Shown: piece after piece, positions 61,063-64,000 of the stretch
How the letters are laid out: each line of letters starts with the position of its first letter
How positions within the stretch are numbered: the first letter of the stretch is position 1
Assembly: GCF_963921235.1 (NCBI RefSeq)
Contig: NC_086097.1
Coordinates: forward strand, 140,494,001-140,558,000
DNA from: Mobula hypostoma
Lineage: Eukaryota
Length of the DNA stretch: 64,000 bases
Reading direction: 5' to 3'
The notes under the pieces: generated by a model
The model's input: only the letters and a program-made list of their open reading frames with translations
Databases searched by the model: none
What the model was told of the DNA's origin: nothing
Position numbers and translations under genes: made by a program

Positions 61063-63119
61063 CCAATTTGCCATCAAAACCTCTGCACAACTGTATATCC
61101 TTGTACTTAAGGGTGTTTTAATTCTTGTATCAACATCAAGTTTACAATTGATTTATTATAAAATAATTGGCTCCACCCACCTCTCTCTCTTGTTGGTTGG
61201 GGAGAGTGTGTTGCCGATTTTCAGTTTGGAGAACTGGTGGATAATGCGACGCAGCAGACTTTAACACCGTAAATCAGCAAGTTGTTTTATGTATGTCTCC
61301 CTTTTTGGTGAGTGACACCTCTCTGCCCCTTTATTTGGGAGCCAAAGAGAGTCTGTGGTACCTTGAATTGTTGGGTGAACGATTAGTTTTTGTTGTATTG
61401 CAGATATTGGTCCTTTTTGCAGGCTTTGCTGTTGCTTGCTTGGTGGGTAGAGAGTGCTGATGCTTTTTGCTGAAGTAAGTGGGGATGGTGTCGTTGTTTT
61501 GCTGCTGCTTGTGCATGGGAGAGGGAAGTAGGAAAGCTTTGGGGTTGTAATGTTTTTTACTGACACTCATTCTTTGGGGCACTTCTATTTTCGTAGCTGT
61601 AATAAGTATTTCAGGTTGTAAATTGTATACATCCTCTGATATTAAATGGAACTATTGAATAAAGCTTGAACATCTCAGCATGTCTTTTCCATGATGGAGA
61701 TTGGCACTATTAATTTTTATTTTAAAGTTTCAGTTTTGGCAGATATACTCTCACTTTTGTTTAGCTTTTGAAAGTTTAGCCTTTGAAATTTTGTCAGTGT
61801 TCTTGCTGGTATTACCCTATTGCCAGTGTGCTATACCATAGAATATATTTGGGATAACAAAATAGATTAAGTTATCTTCAGTCAAGAGTTGATTGTTCCT
61901 AGATCTGCTCTGTTGAAATGGTGTGATATGTATGAAAGGAGCAATTTGGTTTGACAGGAAGTACAAAGTCTTAACACAGTTGCAGTGAAATTCTGTGTGG
62001 ACCTTTCTCAGATGAGTTATTTAAGTCAAATGCTACTAAGAAGCTGTTTTTACAATGTAGAAAGAGCAAATTCCAGTTATATTATGCCTTTGAATCACCA
62101 GAAATTTCACTGTACAGAAATTCAATCAGACAAGGTAAATTAATTATTGAGGCTGACAACTAAAAGCTTTAATGAAAGGGCTTGTTTTATGTGGTATTCT
62201 AAAGGATGAATTTGATATAGTGTTTCTGGGAAGGGATTTCAGAACTTGGGCCTTTGCTACTGAAGGCACTCCTGCAAACGGAACATTTAAAAGTGGTGTT
62301 TATCCAGAAGCGCAAATTGGAGGAGTGCAAGAAAATACCATATAGATGAAGACGATTCAAAGCTGAAGAGAAGGGGCAAAACCATGAAGCTATTTAGAAA
62401 CAATAAGAATTTTGAACATAACAGGATAGCAGCCAGCACAATAGTGAAGAGTAAATTAAATTATTAATTCGTGGTTTGAATTACATTTTACCAGAGCTGA
62501 GCCCACGTTTACAGACTGTTGCAAATCCAGCCAGAAGTGATTAATGATCAAGTCTAAAGGTCACAGTGGCATGAATAAAAGCTCCTGCAGAATGCATTTA
62601 TGACAGGGTGGAGCTAATATTTCAGAGGTGTCTTAATGAGATAAGAATGAGTCCAAAGGTTAGCTCTTATTCAAATGTAACATCAGAGGTGATGGTGTTG
62701 AGTGCTGGGCAATAGAGGTTATGGCAGGAGTTGAACCCTTTGGCATTTGTCTTACCAGTATTTAGTTGGAGGAAATCCCTTGTTATCCATTGTTAGATGA
62801 CAGAGGCACGAAGGATGGTGCAGTCAAAGCTGGGTGCCAGTATTATGTGTGGCAACTGCCACAGTGCTTTAGGATGATGTTTGAAAAAGGGTTACATATT
62901 AATGTGAAGTAGGGAGCAGAAGTTGGATCTTCTAGTGGGAAGGATAGGGCGCCAGTCATGCCGATGAGGGAATCAGTGTCTGGGGTGAGTGCAGTCTCAG
63001 ATAACTGGAGAGGTATTGGAGGAAGGTCATGTAGCTGACACTGTAATTAACATTTTTTATAAAGGTATTTTAGTTTCCCGAGGTCTCGGTGTGTTCATGG
63101 AGTAAGTATTATCAGAGGT

Positions 63120-64000
63120 TTTGTCTCTGACCAAGAGAACTGATCAACTGGCTGGAATGTGCACTGAGATCTTTAACCTCTCGCTTCAGCACTCTGAGGT
63201 ACCCACCTGTTTCAAGCAGGTTTCAGTTATACTGGTGCCTAAGAAGACACTGGTAACCTGCCTCAAAGACTATTGTCCAGTAGGACTTGCATCCACGGCG
63301 ATGAAGTATTTTGAGATGTTGTTGATGAAACATATCAATCCTACCTGAGAAGCAACTTTGATCTGCTCCAGTTTGCTTCTCAGCAACAACAGATCCGCAG
63401 CAGATGCCATTTCATTGGCTTTTCGCTCAACCTTGGAACAGCTGGACAGCAAAGATGCATGTATCAGGATGCTGTTTATCAACTACAGCTCAGCATCAGT
63501 ACTATTATACCTTCTAAACTAATCAATAAGCCTCAAGACCTTGGCCTCAATACCTCTTTGTGCAGTTGGATCCTCAATTTCTTCACTTGCAGACCCCAGT
63601 AGTTTGGACTGGCAACAGCATTTCTTCCACAATCTCCGGCAGCACAGGTGCACCGAAAGGCTGTGTGCTTAGTTCCCTGCTCTACTTCCCTTACGCTTAT
63701 GACTGGGTGGCTAAGCACAACTCCAATGGCATATTTATGTTTGCTGATGACACCACTGTAGTTGGCCGAATCAAAGGTGGTGAAGAATCACCATATAAGG
63801 AGACTGAAAATCTGGCTGAGTGGTGCCACAACAACAGACTCTTACTCAATCTCAGCAAGACTAAGGAGCTGATTACTAACTTCAGGAGGAGGAAACCAGA
63901 GGTCCATGAGCCAGTCCTCTTTGGGTGATCAGAGGTGGAGAGGGTCAGCAACTTTAAATTCCTTGGTGTTATCATTTCCGAGGACCTGTCCTGGGCCCAG
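63120..64000 (+). mobile_element. Rex1/Babar LINE, runs off the window
   Basis: EIFNLSL...PTCFKQ...VPKK, TGAPKGCVLS, FADDTTVVG and SKTKELI motifs. Confidence 0.88.

Overview
Repeat-rich vertebrate genomic DNA. The mix of CR1, Rex1/Babar, Penelope-like and V-SINE repeats suggests a cartilaginous fish, probably a ray; this is inference only. Two genes are arranged head-to-head. BBS9/PTHB1 is on the minus strand: seven coding exons lie from 30913 down to 7395, all with GT-AG sites and consistent phases, a probable non-coding exon 1 sits in a CpG-rich promoter near 41.1-41.3 kb, and the gene continues past the left edge. NT5C3A is on the plus strand, with only its first coding exon (53303-53440) visible. 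The rest is mostly decayed mobile elements: a Gypsy LTR retrotransposon interrupted by a CR1, many CR1 and Rex1/Babar LINEs nested up to four levels deep, a Nimb/I-type LINE, a Tigger/pogo deletion derivative with a long internal palindrome, a hAT MITE and Penelope-like elements (PLEs). The most notable observations are: (1) minimal hammerhead-ribozyme motifs in PLE terminal repeats, next to both promoters; (2) a TSD-flanked, self-inverted PLE in NT5C3A intron 1; (3) one PLE copy with a clustered A-to-G pattern resembling ADAR hyper-editing; (4) no recognisable RP9 between BBS9 and NT5C3A; (5) tandem in-frame splice donors on the first BBS9 coding exon. All calls were made by eye with no database searches. 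Repeat boundaries are approximate unless a junction is quoted.
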